The position numbers and the translations under genes are program-made. From contig JBHEOA010000098.1 of assembly GCA_046261835.1 (NCBI GenBank), positions 1 to 46,424 on the forward strand: a stretch of 46,424 bases of DNA. The letters are read 5' to 3'. The stretch comes from Gemmatimonadota bacterium. GTDB taxonomy: Bacteria > Gemmatimonadota > Gemmatimonadetes > JACCXV01 > JAHWKZ01. This document shows positions 27,776 to 36,783 of this stretch, in pieces (position 1 is the first letter of the stretch; each line of letters begins with the position of its first letter). The notes below the pieces were generated by a model that was given only the letters and a program-made list of their open reading frames with translations, did not search any database and was not told the DNA's origin.

Positions 27776-28512
27776 GCCACCGGCTCTTCTTCAGTGAGCC
27801 GGAGGAAGATCGATTCCAGCGAGCCGTCGTCGTGCATCGCCTGGCGCCGCAGCTCGTCGATCGTACCGAGTGCGAGGATCCTCCCCTGCTGAAGGATCGC
27901 CACGCGCGTGCACAGGGCCTCGGCCACCTCGAGTGTGTGCGTGGAAAGGAACACGGTGGTGCCGTTATCGACCAGCCTCTTGAGCAGCGTTTTCACGCGC
28001 CGCGCGCTACGCGGATCGAGCCCCACCATGGGCTCGTCGATGACCAGTACCTCGGGGCGATGAAGCAGCGCGGCGGTCACGGCGAGCTTCTGTCGCATGC
28101 CATGGCTGTACGCCTCGATCAGCTCGTCGGCCCAACCGCTGAGATCGAACATCTCGAGGTAGGGACCGGCTTCGCGAGTCGCATGGCCGGGGGCGAGGCC
28201 ATAGAGGTGGCCGACGAACTCGAGAAACTCGCCTCCGGTCAGCTTGTCATAGAGATAGGCGCGGTCGGGCACGTAGCCGACCCGCCGTTTGACCTCAAAG
28301 GGATCTTCGACGACGTCCCATCCCGCAACCTCGACCTGGCCACCCGAAGGAAGAAGAAGTCCGGTGAGGATCTTGATGGTCGTCGTCTTGCCGGCGCCGT
28401 TGGGCCCCAGGAAGCCGAACATCTCGCCTCGTTCGACCTCGAGGTCGATCCCCTTCAACACCGGGAAGGCGCCATACGATTTGGTGAGTTGACGACAGAC
28501 GATCGCGCTCAA
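27772..28512 (-). CDS. ABC transporter ATP-binding protein
   Basis: GPNGAGKTT, YSHGMRQ, VIDEP, STH; TTG 28512 overlaps the upstream stop. Confidence 0.93.
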   Translation of the reverse strand: MSAIVCRQLTKSYGAFPVLKGIDLEVERGEMFGFLGPNGAGKTTTIKILTGLLLPSGGQVEVAGWDVVEDPFEVKRRVGYVPDRAYLYDKLTGGEFLEFVGHLYGLAPGHATREAGPYLEMFDLSGWADELIEAYSHGMRQKLAVTAALLHRPEVLVIDEPMVGLDPRSARRVKTLLKRLVDNGTTVFLSTHTLEVAEALCTRVAILQQGRILALGTIDELRRQAMHDDGSLESIFLRLTEEEPVA

Positions 28513-29864
28513 CGCCGGGCCTCCGATGCTTCGGCCTCTCCATCGGCACCCTCGCGGTTCGCCCGGCAAGGGATCGTCTCCGCTTCGGTCACGATCCAGT
28601 CTACAGGCACGTCTCGGGGAGAGTGCGGTACCCCCTCCACGATCTGCAAGGAGTAGGCCAGCCCGACCTTGGGTGCCGCGACGGCAGCAAGGAAGCGGTC
28701 GTAATAGCCGGCGCCGAAACCGATGCGATGGCCCTGCCGGTCGAACGCGATTCCGGGGACCAGGACCACGTCGATCGCCGAGGGCGCGATCGGGCGCGCG
28801 CGCGCCGGATCAGGCTCCCAGAGGCCGCGCGGGCTCTCGACGAGCTCCGCCAGCGACCGGATCTCGTAGTGTTCGAGCCGCGCCGGCGACCTCACGACGC
28901 GCGGGCAGGCTATGCGCTTCCCCTGCTGGAGGGCGTCGAGCGCGATCGCGCGCGTCTCGACCTCGCCGTCGACGGCGCCGACGTAGAGGTGGACGACGCG
29001 CGCCTCGCGGTATGGCTCGAGCTCGAAGAGCCGCGCGGCTATCCTTTCACTGAGCGCCGTCCGGGCGGCAGCGTCCATCGCGCGTCGACGCGCGAGATAA
29101 TCCCGTCGCAACCCGGACTTGACCGAGGGTGTGGCGTCGTCCTCATCGAGGAGCCGCCGGGCCAGCAGGATCAGATCCGCGTTGCCTTGCGCCGAGGACC
29201 CGTCCGGCAACGTCAGCGTGTCTTCGAGCCCGATCCGCGTCGGATAGCCACGACGCGAGGCTTCACGCAGGAGCGGCCACGCCGTCGCGTCGACGCCGTG
29301 GAGGATCCGGGGGCACGTCACTCCCCTCCGGTCGAGGGCGGCTTCGATCTCGGAGACGTGACTCAGTGCATCGGAAAGATCCTGCTCCTGGGGCTCGAGG
29401 AGGACGCGAAGGCACTTGGGCGCGAGCCGGCTTCGCGAAAACTCGAGCGCCGCCTCCCGACTCGCGATCCCGGCCTCGACCCCGATCCCGCGGGAGAGGA
29501 GAAGCCGCGCCAGATCCGCGGCGCCCGGCTCGTCGAAGTTCACCGACGCGAAATCGGGCAGGCTCTCCCATGCCGCCGCGAGCTCGGCGCGCCGGGCTGG
29601 AGAGTCGACGATCCAGAGACCCGAGCTGATTCCGAGAGGCGCTCCAGGGCATGCGGCGCGCACCGCGAGGAGGACTCGGGCCACGTCGCCGGGCGAGAGG
29701 CTCTCCCGGCCCTGCGCGTCGCGCACGTGCACGTGGATGGCATCCGCGCCCGCGTCCACCGACGCGCGTGCCTCGGCCGCGATGTGGTCCGGGGTGACGG
29801 GAATGGACGGGTGCTCGCCCGGGTCGCGCGCGCCATTGATCGCGGCCTCGAGGAGCGTTCTCAG
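28509..29864 (-). CDS. Fusion: beta-keto acid cleavage enzyme (DUF849/BKACE) + 5-formyltetrahydrofolate cyclo-ligase
   Basis: AINGAR...PVTP, GADAIHVHVRD, RIGLED, then in frame KSGLRR, GEVET, LVPGIAFDRQGHRIGFGAGYYDRFL, DVPVDWIVTE; CTG 29864 overlaps the nfeD stop. Confidence 0.82.
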   Translation of the reverse strand: MRTLLEAAINGARDPGEHPSIPVTPDHIAAEARASVDAGADAIHVHVRDAQGRESLSPGDVARVLLAVRAACPGAPLGISSGLWIVDSPARRAELAAAWESLPDFASVNFDEPGAADLARLLLSRGIGVEAGIASREAALEFSRSRLAPKCLRVLLEPQEQDLSDALSHVSEIEAALDRRGVTCPRILHGVDATAWPLLREASRRGYPTRIGLEDTLTLPDGSSAQGNADLILLARRLLDEDDATPSVKSGLRRDYLARRRAMDAAARTALSERIAARLFELEPYREARVVHLYVGAVDGEVETRAIALDALQQGKRIACPRVVRSPARLEHYEIRSLAELVESPRGLWEPDPARARPIAPSAIDVVLVPGIAFDRQGHRIGFGAGYYDRFLAAVAAPKVGLAYSLQIVEGVPHSPRDVPVDWIVTEAETIPCRANREGADGEAEASEARR

Positions 29865-31219
29865 CTCCGGCGCACCCGCAACACGAGGCCCTGGGCCTCT
29901 ACCACCTCGACCGTCTCCCCCGGCTCGATCGTCTCGTCGGCGCGGGCCGCCCAGATCTCGCCGCGCACCGCGACCTGGCCTTGCGGATCGATACGGCGTC
30001 GCACTACCCCGCGCTCGCCCACCAGGCCTTCGCGACCGGTCGTCGGTCTGGATCGCCACGTGCGGTACGCCTTGCCGAGCGCGAAGACGAAGAACCCGGC
30101 GGTCAGGACCGCGGCGGGGATGATGACGCTCCAGCTCACGCGGAAGAATGGCTCCGGGCTGTCGAATAGCATCGTGGCGCCCAGGACGAAGGCGATAACC
30201 CCGCCCACGGTCAGGAGGCCGTGCGAGATGACCTTGATCTCGGCGATGAACAAGATGAGCGAGAGCAGGATCAGCAGCACCCCCGCGTAGTTGACCGGCA
30301 AGGCCTGGAGCGCGAAGAATGCGAGGATCAGCGAGATCCCTCCCACCACGCCGGGCAGGATCGCGCCGGGATTCATCAGCTCGAAGAAGATCCCATAGAT
30401 GCCGATCAGCATGAGCACGAATGCGATGTTCGGATTGGCGATCGCCGCGAGGATCTTGAAGCGCAGGCCGGGGTCGATCGTGCGAACCTCGGCCTCGGCG
30501 GTGGCGAGCGTCACGGTGCGGTCGATGACCTCGACCTCCATTCCGTCGATCCGATCGAGCAGGACTTCGATCGTCGGCGCGATTAGATCGATCACGTCGA
30601 GCTCGAGCGCCTGGTTCTCGGTGATCGAGGCCGCTTCGGTGACCGCTCGGACCGCCCAGTCGGCGTTGCGCCCGCGCTTTTCGGCGATGGTGCGGATGAA
30701 GGCGACCGTGTCGTTGAGGATCTTCTGGTCGAGCGCGTTGTCTCCTTTGGCCTCCTGGGCGGCGGAATCGGCGGGAGCGGGTCCGCCCGGCATCGGAGTA
30801 TCGCCCCCGAGCTGAATCGGGGTCGCTGCTCCGATGTTGGTGCCCGGCGCCATGGCGGCCACGTGGGCCGCGAGTGTGACGAAGACCCCCGCCGATCCGG
30901 CGCGCGCGCCGCCCGGCGCCACCCATACGACGATCGGGACGGGGCTCGCCAGGATCTCCTGGATGATGTCGCGGGTCGATTCGACGAGACCGCCTGGCGT
31001 ATCGAGCTCGATTACGAGCGCCTGGGCGCGCGCTTCGGCGGCGTCGTCGATCGCGTCGCCGATGAGCTCCGAGGAAGCGGGGGAGATCGCCCCGTCGAGG
31101 ACCAGCCGGTGGACGACGGCCCCCCCGGCGCGCGTGTCGGTCTGCGCCGGCGCCGAACCGAGAGCGGCTAGAAGGGCGGAGGCCAGGAGGAAGCGGGGAA
31201 GACCGCGCGCGAGAAGCAC
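29861..31219 (-). CDS. nfeD: NfeD family membrane-bound serine protease
   Basis: LDTPGG, ARAGSAG, AAMAPGTNIGAATP, C-terminal OB fold GEIWAA; GTG 31219. Confidence 0.92.
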   Translation of the reverse strand: MLLARGLPRFLLASALLAALGSAPAQTDTRAGGAVVHRLVLDGAISPASSELIGDAIDDAAEARAQALVIELDTPGGLVESTRDIIQEILASPVPIVVWVAPGGARAGSAGVFVTLAAHVAAMAPGTNIGAATPIQLGGDTPMPGGPAPADSAAQEAKGDNALDQKILNDTVAFIRTIAEKRGRNADWAVRAVTEAASITENQALELDVIDLIAPTIEVLLDRIDGMEVEVIDRTVTLATAEAEVRTIDPGLRFKILAAIANPNIAFVLMLIGIYGIFFELMNPGAILPGVVGGISLILAFFALQALPVNYAGVLLILLSLILFIAEIKVISHGLLTVGGVIAFVLGATMLFDSPEPFFRVSWSVIIPAAVLTAGFFVFALGKAYRTWRSRPTTGREGLVGERGVVRRRIDPQGQVAVRGEIWAARADETIEPGETVEVVEAQGLVLRVRRS

Positions 31220-31327
31220 CGGACAAATATACCACCCGCGTCGCGAGCCCGGCGTCGCATCCACCATCTGGAGTCGCAACGAGCGTTCGTTTGCCCGCCG
31301 CCCGTGGCGTCTCGATATTGACCTCGC

Positions 31328-33016
31328 ATGATCCGCTACCGCCTCGCGCTCCTCCTCCTCGCGACGGCCGCGCCCGCAGCGGCGCAGCAGCCTCGCTGGT
31401 GGTCGCCGGCGTACGCGGGGCACGCCATGGTCGTCTCCGCGGAGCGCAACGCCTCCGAGGCGGGTCTCGAGGTGATCCGACGCGGCGGCAGCGCCGTCGA
31501 TGCAGCGATCGCCACCCACTTCGCGCTCGCCGTCACGCACCCCTCCGCCGGGAATCTCGGTGGCGGCGGCTTCCTCGTCTTCCGCGACGCTCAGGGCCGC
31601 GTCTTCTCCTACGACTACCGCGAGAAGGCGCCCCTCGGCGCGACGCGCGACATGTACGTCCGGAATGGCGAGGTCGTCGACTCCCTTTCGGTCGTGGGGG
31701 GCCTGGCGGCCGGGGTGCCCGGATCGGTCGCCGGGATGTGGCTTGTCCACCGGAAGCATGGGACGCTGCCGTGGAAGGACCTGATCCAGCCGGCGGTCGA
31801 GCTCGCCGAGCGCGGCTTCGCCATCGACCCGACGCTGGCGGGGGCAATCCGGGGGGACCGGGAGCGGCTCGCGCGCGATCCCGCCGCGCGCGAGGTCTTC
31901 TTCCCCGGTGGCCGGACCCTCGAGACCGGCGACACCCTGCGCCAGACCCAGCTCGCGCGCACGCTTCGGCTCGTCGCCGAGGGCGGACCCGACGTTTTCT
32001 ACCGGGGCGAGATCGCCGATTCGATCGTGCGCGCCACCCGCGTCGCGGGCGGCATCATCACCCGCGAAGACCTGGCGAGCTACGAGGCGGTGGAGCGCGC
32101 GCCCGTCACCTTCGAGTACCGCGGTCACACGATCCACGCGATGGCTCCCCCCTCCTCGGGGGGCCTCACGATGAAGCTTATTCTCGACCAGATCGAGACG
32201 TTCGACATGAAGGCCTATCCGTTCCACTCGGCGGCCAGCGTACACCGGATCGTGGAGTCGATGCGGCGGGCGTTCGCGGTCCGGAACGCGCTCATGGGAG
32301 ATCCCGATTTCGCAACGATTCCCGACTCGATCCGGACCGACCTCTTCGCGGAACGGCTAGCCGCCACGATCGACACCCTGCGCGCGACGCCTTCGGCCGA
32401 GGTCGCTTTTGGAGCTGCGCCGGCGCCGGGGGGTGGTGATCAGACTACCCACTTCTCGATCGTCGACGACCAAGGCAACGCCGTCGCCTCGACCACGACG
32501 CTCAACGACGGGTTCGGAAATCGCGTGATGGCCGCCGGCTTCCTCCTCAACGACGAGATGGACGACTTCACGATCGCCCCGGGCGTTCCCAACCAGTACG
32601 GCCTGGTTCAGGGAGAGGCGAACGCGATTGAGCCGGGCAAGCGGATGCTCTCGGCGATGACGCCGACGATCGTCGAGGTGGACGGAGAGCTCCGGTATGT
32701 GGTCGGTACGCCCGGTGGCCCCACCATCATCACGACCGTGGCGCAGGTCCTCATCCACCTGCTCGATTACGGGATGACGATGGCCGAGGCGGTCGATGCC
32801 AAGCGACTTCACCACCAGCACCTGCCCGACGTCGTGCGGGTAGAGCCGTTCGGGTTCTCTCAGGACACCGTGGATCGGCTGACCGCGATGGGTCACGAGG
32901 TTGGGATCCGCGGCGGTTACTCGGGAAGGGTCGAGGGGATCGAGGTGGATCGCGCTTCGGGGTTCCTGTTCGCGCGGAGTGACCTGCGGGGCGGAGGCTA
33001 CGCGGCGGGGTACTAG
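31328..33016 (+). CDS. ggt: Gamma-glutamyltransferase
   Basis: GGSAVDAA, GNLGGGGF, DYREKAP, TTHFSIVD, LNDEMDDF, PGKRMLSAMTP, GTPGG. Confidence 0.95.
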   Translation: MIRYRLALLLLATAAPAAAQQPRWWSPAYAGHAMVVSAERNASEAGLEVIRRGGSAVDAAIATHFALAVTHPSAGNLGGGGFLVFRDAQGRVFSYDYREKAPLGATRDMYVRNGEVVDSLSVVGGLAAGVPGSVAGMWLVHRKHGTLPWKDLIQPAVELAERGFAIDPTLAGAIRGDRERLARDPAAREVFFPGGRTLETGDTLRQTQLARTLRLVAEGGPDVFYRGEIADSIVRATRVAGGIITREDLASYEAVERAPVTFEYRGHTIHAMAPPSSGGLTMKLILDQIETFDMKAYPFHSAASVHRIVESMRRAFAVRNALMGDPDFATIPDSIRTDLFAERLAATIDTLRATPSAEVAFGAAPAPGGGDQTTHFSIVDDQGNAVASTTTLNDGFGNRVMAAGFLLNDEMDDFTIAPGVPNQYGLVQGEANAIEPGKRMLSAMTPTIVEVDGELRYVVGTPGGPTIITTVAQVLIHLLDYGMTMAEAVDAKRLHHQHLPDVVRVEPFGFSQDTVDRLTAMGHEVGIRGGYSGRVEGIEVDRASGFLFARSDLRGGGYAAGY

Positions 33017-33023
33017 CAGGTCT

Positions 33024-33157
33024 CGGCGCTCGGGAGGATGGATCTCGGCGACGCCACCTTTGAAGACGGCCCGCGCAGCAGTCCGTTCTACCGAGCGCTC
33101 CGATTCTGCGACCATATCCGGTTTTAACGTCGCCGGGATCCATCCTCCCGAGCGCCG
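33024..33157 (-). ncRNA. Candidate structured element, copy A (134 nt; strand inferred from homology to copy B)
   Basis: 30-bp inverted repeat 33024-33053/33128-33157 with one mismatch; minus-strand interior TTAAAAC...AAGGTGG and an apical stem. Confidence 0.5.
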
Positions 33158-33277
33158 CGGCTCACAAGCGCCCCGCGATCCACTGCCTGCGCCTCGCCCA
33201 CGCCCGTCCCAAGCCCCGCTCATCCCCGTGCCAGCGCCCTTTCCCGTGCTCCCGCGACTCCGCGGATCTGGTGTGCG

Positions 33278-33409
33278 ATGGGCGTGGGGAGAATGCTCCT
33301 CGGAGGCGTTAAAACGGGGTGCGAGTCAAGATGGAAGGTTCGGCCACCTGAGAGGCGAACTTCCGATCGGGAAGGTGGCGCCTCCGAGGGGCGTTCTCCG
33401 CACGCCCAT
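33278..33409 (+). ncRNA. Candidate structured element, copy B (132 nt)
   Basis: 31-bp inverted repeat 33278-33308/33379-33409 (2 G-U, 1 mismatch); interior TTAAAAC...AAGGTGG; apical stem GGAAG(G)TTCG/CGAACTTCC. Confidence 0.5.
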
Positions 33410-33444
33410 AACCTCCTGACCCCCAGAGCCGGACGGGACGCGGA

Positions 33445-34290
33445 CTAGGGCGCGGGAACCTCGATGGACTCGCGCAGGGTGATGTCGATAGGCGTGCCGG
33501 AGGGAACCACAACCTCGTGGTCGCTCGCGCCGGCCATCAGTACGCCGCCGAGGGCGCCAACGACCGCCCCGATCACTGCTCCCTTCCTGCCTCCCAAGAC
33601 CCCGCCGACACCCGCCCCGCCGGCGGCGCCGCCGATTACCTGCCCAGGCTGGGGCCCGCCGCTGGTGTCGGCGGGTCGGCCCGCGATCGAGGCGATCTCG
33701 GCGTCGAGCGGAAGCCGCGCACCACTCGGGAGAACCAGCGCTCGGAAGTCGAGCTCGATCCGACCGGCCTGGTCATCGTCGGCTCGAGTCACACCGGCGA
33801 CGCGACCCTCGACGAGAGCGCCGGGCTCGAGGGCCGTGTGCCCCTCGATCGTAACGGAGCGCATCGTCCGGGCAGCGAATCGGTCGCCAACCCGAATCGT
33901 CGCCGAATGAAGGGGGGTCCTGAGCTCGAGGGCCAGGCGAGTTCCCGCTTCGAGCACGAAGCGGTCCGGCGCCTCATCCGTCTCGGCATCGGGCTCCTCG
34001 AGTTCAGGAGGCGGTGAGATCCCGACGCGCTCTTGAAGGCCCCCCGTTTCCGAAGGTGACCCCAAGGGGTCCGGCTGCGCCTCGGGGGGCGCGACTTCGC
34101 GCTCCTCGATCACGATCACCTCGGGTTCGGCAACCGGCGGCAAAGAATCGGAGAGAGCCGCGTCATCGGCGCCGGCTGGACGCGTCGTGTCGGCTTCGAC
34201 CACGATCGGGGGCTCCTCACCACCGCGACGACAGCCCGCAGCCACGACGAGCAGTCCGGTGCCGATGATCGCGGCGATGCTTCGGATCAT
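33445..34290 (-). CDS. Lipoprotein with VirB10/TrbI-like beta domain and glycine zipper
   Basis: Lipobox AAGC; LEAGTRLALELRTPLHS...GDRF, GALVEGRV; GGAAGGAGVGGVLGG zipper; VVPSGTPI. Confidence 0.7.
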   Translation of the reverse strand: MIRSIAAIIGTGLLVVAAGCRRGGEEPPIVVEADTTRPAGADDAALSDSLPPVAEPEVIVIEEREVAPPEAQPDPLGSPSETGGLQERVGISPPPELEEPDAETDEAPDRFVLEAGTRLALELRTPLHSATIRVGDRFAARTMRSVTIEGHTALEPGALVEGRVAGVTRADDDQAGRIELDFRALVLPSGARLPLDAEIASIAGRPADTSGGPQPGQVIGGAAGGAGVGGVLGGRKGAVIGAVVGALGGVLMAGASDHEVVVPSGTPIDITLRESIEVPAP

Positions 34291-34330
34291 TCTTGGCGTT
34301 CCTGTCCGTTGCACGAAATGAGCGTCAGCC

Positions 34331-35218
34331 TCATGGCCCGGAGAGGATCGAGTCGATGACAGTTGCGAATGCCTCGGGCGGTTGAGCGCCCTCGAGGCGC
34401 TGGCCATTGATGAAGAAGGTCGGTGTGCCGAAGATGTAGAACTTCTCGGCTTCACGCAGGTCGGCTGCCACCTCCGACGCGTAGTCGGCCCTCTCGAGGC
34501 ACTGCTCGAACCGATCGGCATCGAGCCCGATCGACCGCGCCGCGGCCGTGAGACCCCGCTCCGAGCTGTCGAACTGGCCGCTGAACATCGCGTCGTACCA
34601 GGCCCAGAACCCCTCTTGAGCGTGAGCGCACTCGCCGGCCAGCGCAGCGTCATAGGCGCGCGGGTGAAGCGATCGGAGAGGGAGGTTGACGAAGACCCAT
34701 CGCACCCGATCACCGTAGTGACGTCGCAATAGCGGCGCGGTCTGCGTCGCGAAACGTGTGCAGAACGGGCAGTCGAAGTCGCTGAACTCGACGATCGTGA
34801 CCGGTGCGCCCTCGCTGCCGAGGACGGGATCGTTGGTCACGTCGACGCCGTGCGACTCGGCCGCCGACCCGTCACCGAGCGGCTCGGCTTGAGCGGCCGC
34901 GCCCGCGCCAGCCTCTTCATGGAAGAGGATCCACCCGGCGCCGAGACCGACCAGGACACCGATCACCAAGAGTGAAGCCGCGCGGGCAACCCCGCCTCCA
35001 GCCGCCGCAGGGGGTTCCACCTCGTAGCGGACAGGTCCCGCCCCGGGTGTCGGATGCGTTTCATGCTCGGAGCGGGCAGCCTCTGCTCCAGCGGTCGGAT
35101 GCGTCTCCGCCTCGGAATCACGCTCCGCCTCCATGGCCTGGTCGTGATTCGTCGTATCATCGGAATTCGATGTCTGGTCGGAGTTCGTCCCGTCAGGGTT
35201 CAGGGATGGATCGTCCAT
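34331..35218 (-). CDS. DsbA family thioredoxin-fold oxidoreductase
   Basis: APVTIVEFSDFDCPFC, GTPTFFING; TM anchor; duplicated ETHPT segment in an acidic N-terminus. Confidence 0.9.
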   Translation of the reverse strand: MDDPSLNPDGTNSDQTSNSDDTTNHDQAMEAERDSEAETHPTAGAEAARSEHETHPTPGAGPVRYEVEPPAAAGGGVARAASLLVIGVLVGLGAGWILFHEEAGAGAAAQAEPLGDGSAAESHGVDVTNDPVLGSEGAPVTIVEFSDFDCPFCTRFATQTAPLLRRHYGDRVRWVFVNLPLRSLHPRAYDAALAGECAHAQEGFWAWYDAMFSGQFDSSERGLTAAARSIGLDADRFEQCLERADYASEVAADLREAEKFYIFGTPTFFINGQRLEGAQPPEAFATVIDSILSGP

Positions 35219-35547
35219 TCGTAGTCGCCGCCCTCCTCGATTTCGACGTCCGGCAGAGGATAGTGCTTCTGAGAGACGCGTCCTACGCCATAGATCGTCG
35301 CCTTTCCGGTCGGGAGGTTCCGGAAGGTATACGCCTGCCCTGGCGGCACGGCGTAGATCTCCTGGCCGTTGACGTAGACCGTGACCGGTTCGTCCACGTT
35401 GTTCATCACCTTGAGGGTGCCGAGATCCTCATCGATCTCGACTTCCTCTTCGCTCGACGGATTGCGCTCGGCGCCACCCCGCTCACAGGCCGTCAGGACG
35501 CCCAGGACAGCCAACCCTGCAAACACGATGGGGATCGTCCGCTTCAT
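35200..35547 (-). CDS. Small lipoprotein (PEGA/Ig-like)
   Basis: RBS AAGGAGGAG; MKRTIP...VLTAC lipobox; GTLKVMNN...VTVYVNG. Confidence 0.75.
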   Translation of the reverse strand: MKRTIPIVFAGLAVLGVLTACERGGAERNPSSEEEVEIDEDLGTLKVMNNVDEPVTVYVNGQEIYAVPPGQAYTFRNLPTGKATIYGVGRVSQKHYPLPDVEIEEGGDYEWTIHP

Positions 35548-35676
35548 CGCTCCTCCTTCTGAGCGGCCCTCGCCCCTCCCGTATACACCCCATTCAGGAT
35601 TCTGATCTTTCAATCTCCCACCCCGGTCGGGGCGATGTAAAGCCCGAGGATCGGCCGGGGAAGTAGATTCCCGCCG

Positions 35677-36783
35677 ATGAGGACCCTCGACCGCGACGCT
35701 TTGACCCCCCGGATCGACGCTCTTCGCGTGGAGGTGATGCCCGACCCGCGACTGGCGGTTTGGGACGTGACGATCGTGGACGAAGAAACAGCGCCGCGCG
35801 TCCTGGGCTGGACCACGAGCGACTCGGCGCTGGGCCGGATCCGGGATCTGGCGCATGAGGCCGGGATCGCGACCGAGGTCCGCCTCCTTCCCGACCCCAC
35901 ACTCGGGACCGCGGTCGCGGGGGTCGCCCATCGTTCGCTCGCTCATCTCCGACGCGAACCCCGTCATGCGGCCGAGCTCGTCACGCAGATGGTGCTCGGG
36001 GAGGAGGCGCTCGTCTTGCGCGAGCGGGGCGAGTGGCTCCAGGTCCAGACGGTCGGCGGCTATGTGGGATGGACGCATCGGGCTTCACTCGTTCGCAGAG
36101 CTCCCGTCGAGGGCCTCGCGTCGTTTCGCGAACGCCTCACGGCTCACGGCGCGGCACCGGGGACGTGGGTCGTTACCGCCCGGACCCCGGCCGCCCGGCA
36201 ACGTCCCGCGCCAGACGCCCCTGTAGCCTGCGACCTCGTCCGCGGGGCGCGGGTCATTCTCGCCGGAGAGGATGGCGGGTGGCTCCGGATCGAGCTGCCC
36301 GACGGCCTCGACGGTTGGATCCCGCGTGCCGATGCCCTGCCCCAAGAACGGCTGGCGGAGCGATTTCCGCACGAGGGCGCGGCGATCGTCGAGCACGCCG
36401 CCGAGTACTTGGGGCTGCCCTACCTCTGGGGCGGGACTTCGGAGAAGGGGTTCGACTGCTCGGGGCTGGTTCAGCGAATCTACGGGCTACACGGGGTGGC
36501 TCTTCCGCGAGACTCCGACCAGCAGTCGTTCATGGGAGATCCGGTCGAGCCAGGAGGCGACTGGAGCGCGGTTCGCGACGGGGATCTCGCTTTCTTCGCC
36601 GAGACGCCCGGTGGACGCGCGACCCACGTGGGGATCCTGTCCAGGGGGGCCCGGTTGATTCACGCTTCGACCAGCCGAAACGGGGTAGCCTGGGACGCCC
36701 TCCGCGCCAACGCCCCCGAGTGGTCCGATTTCGGCGCGCGCCTGGCCGCGAGGCTCACAGCGATTCGGCGGGTGCTCCGATAG
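35677..36783 (+). CDS. NlpC/P60 (C40) peptidase with SH3-like domains (YkfC-like)
   Basis: LVTQMVLGE, WLQV, GYVGW; LGLPYLWGG, GFDCSGLV, LPRDSDQQ, THVGI, IHA. Confidence 0.9.
   Translation: MRTLDRDALTPRIDALRVEVMPDPRLAVWDVTIVDEETAPRVLGWTTSDSALGRIRDLAHEAGIATEVRLLPDPTLGTAVAGVAHRSLAHLRREPRHAAELVTQMVLGEEALVLRERGEWLQVQTVGGYVGWTHRASLVRRAPVEGLASFRERLTAHGAAPGTWVVTARTPAARQRPAPDAPVACDLVRGARVILAGEDGGWLRIELPDGLDGWIPRADALPQERLAERFPHEGAAIVEHAAEYLGLPYLWGGTSEKGFDCSGLVQRIYGLHGVALPRDSDQQSFMGDPVEPGGDWSAVRDGDLAFFAETPGGRATHVGILSRGARLIHASTSRNGVAWDALRANAPEWSDFGARLAARLTAIRRVLR

Noticed and set aside
29865-32245. Long N-terminal extensions of track ORFs 28509-31235 (908 aa) and 29861-32245 (794 aa)
   Set aside because: They are shadow frames overlapping nfeD and antisense ggt; family motifs begin at 29864 and 31219.
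33121-33315. GTTTTAAC...GTTAAAAC as an integron attC site or CRISPR repeats
   Set aside because: Does not fit RYYYAAC/GTTRRRY, the interior is not one hairpin, there are only two inverted copies, and no integrase or cas genes are present.
33024-33409. Simple bidirectional intrinsic terminators
   Set aside because: Stems enclose 70-74-nt structured interiors and lack U-tracts; a terminator would not conserve loop sequence.
33445-34290. VirB10-like domain as evidence of a type IV secretion system
   Set aside because: Solitary lipoprotein; no other T4SS genes in the window.
35025-35110. 45-bp internal duplication in the dsbA-like gene
   Set aside because: In-frame duplication in a disordered N-terminus; unremarkable.
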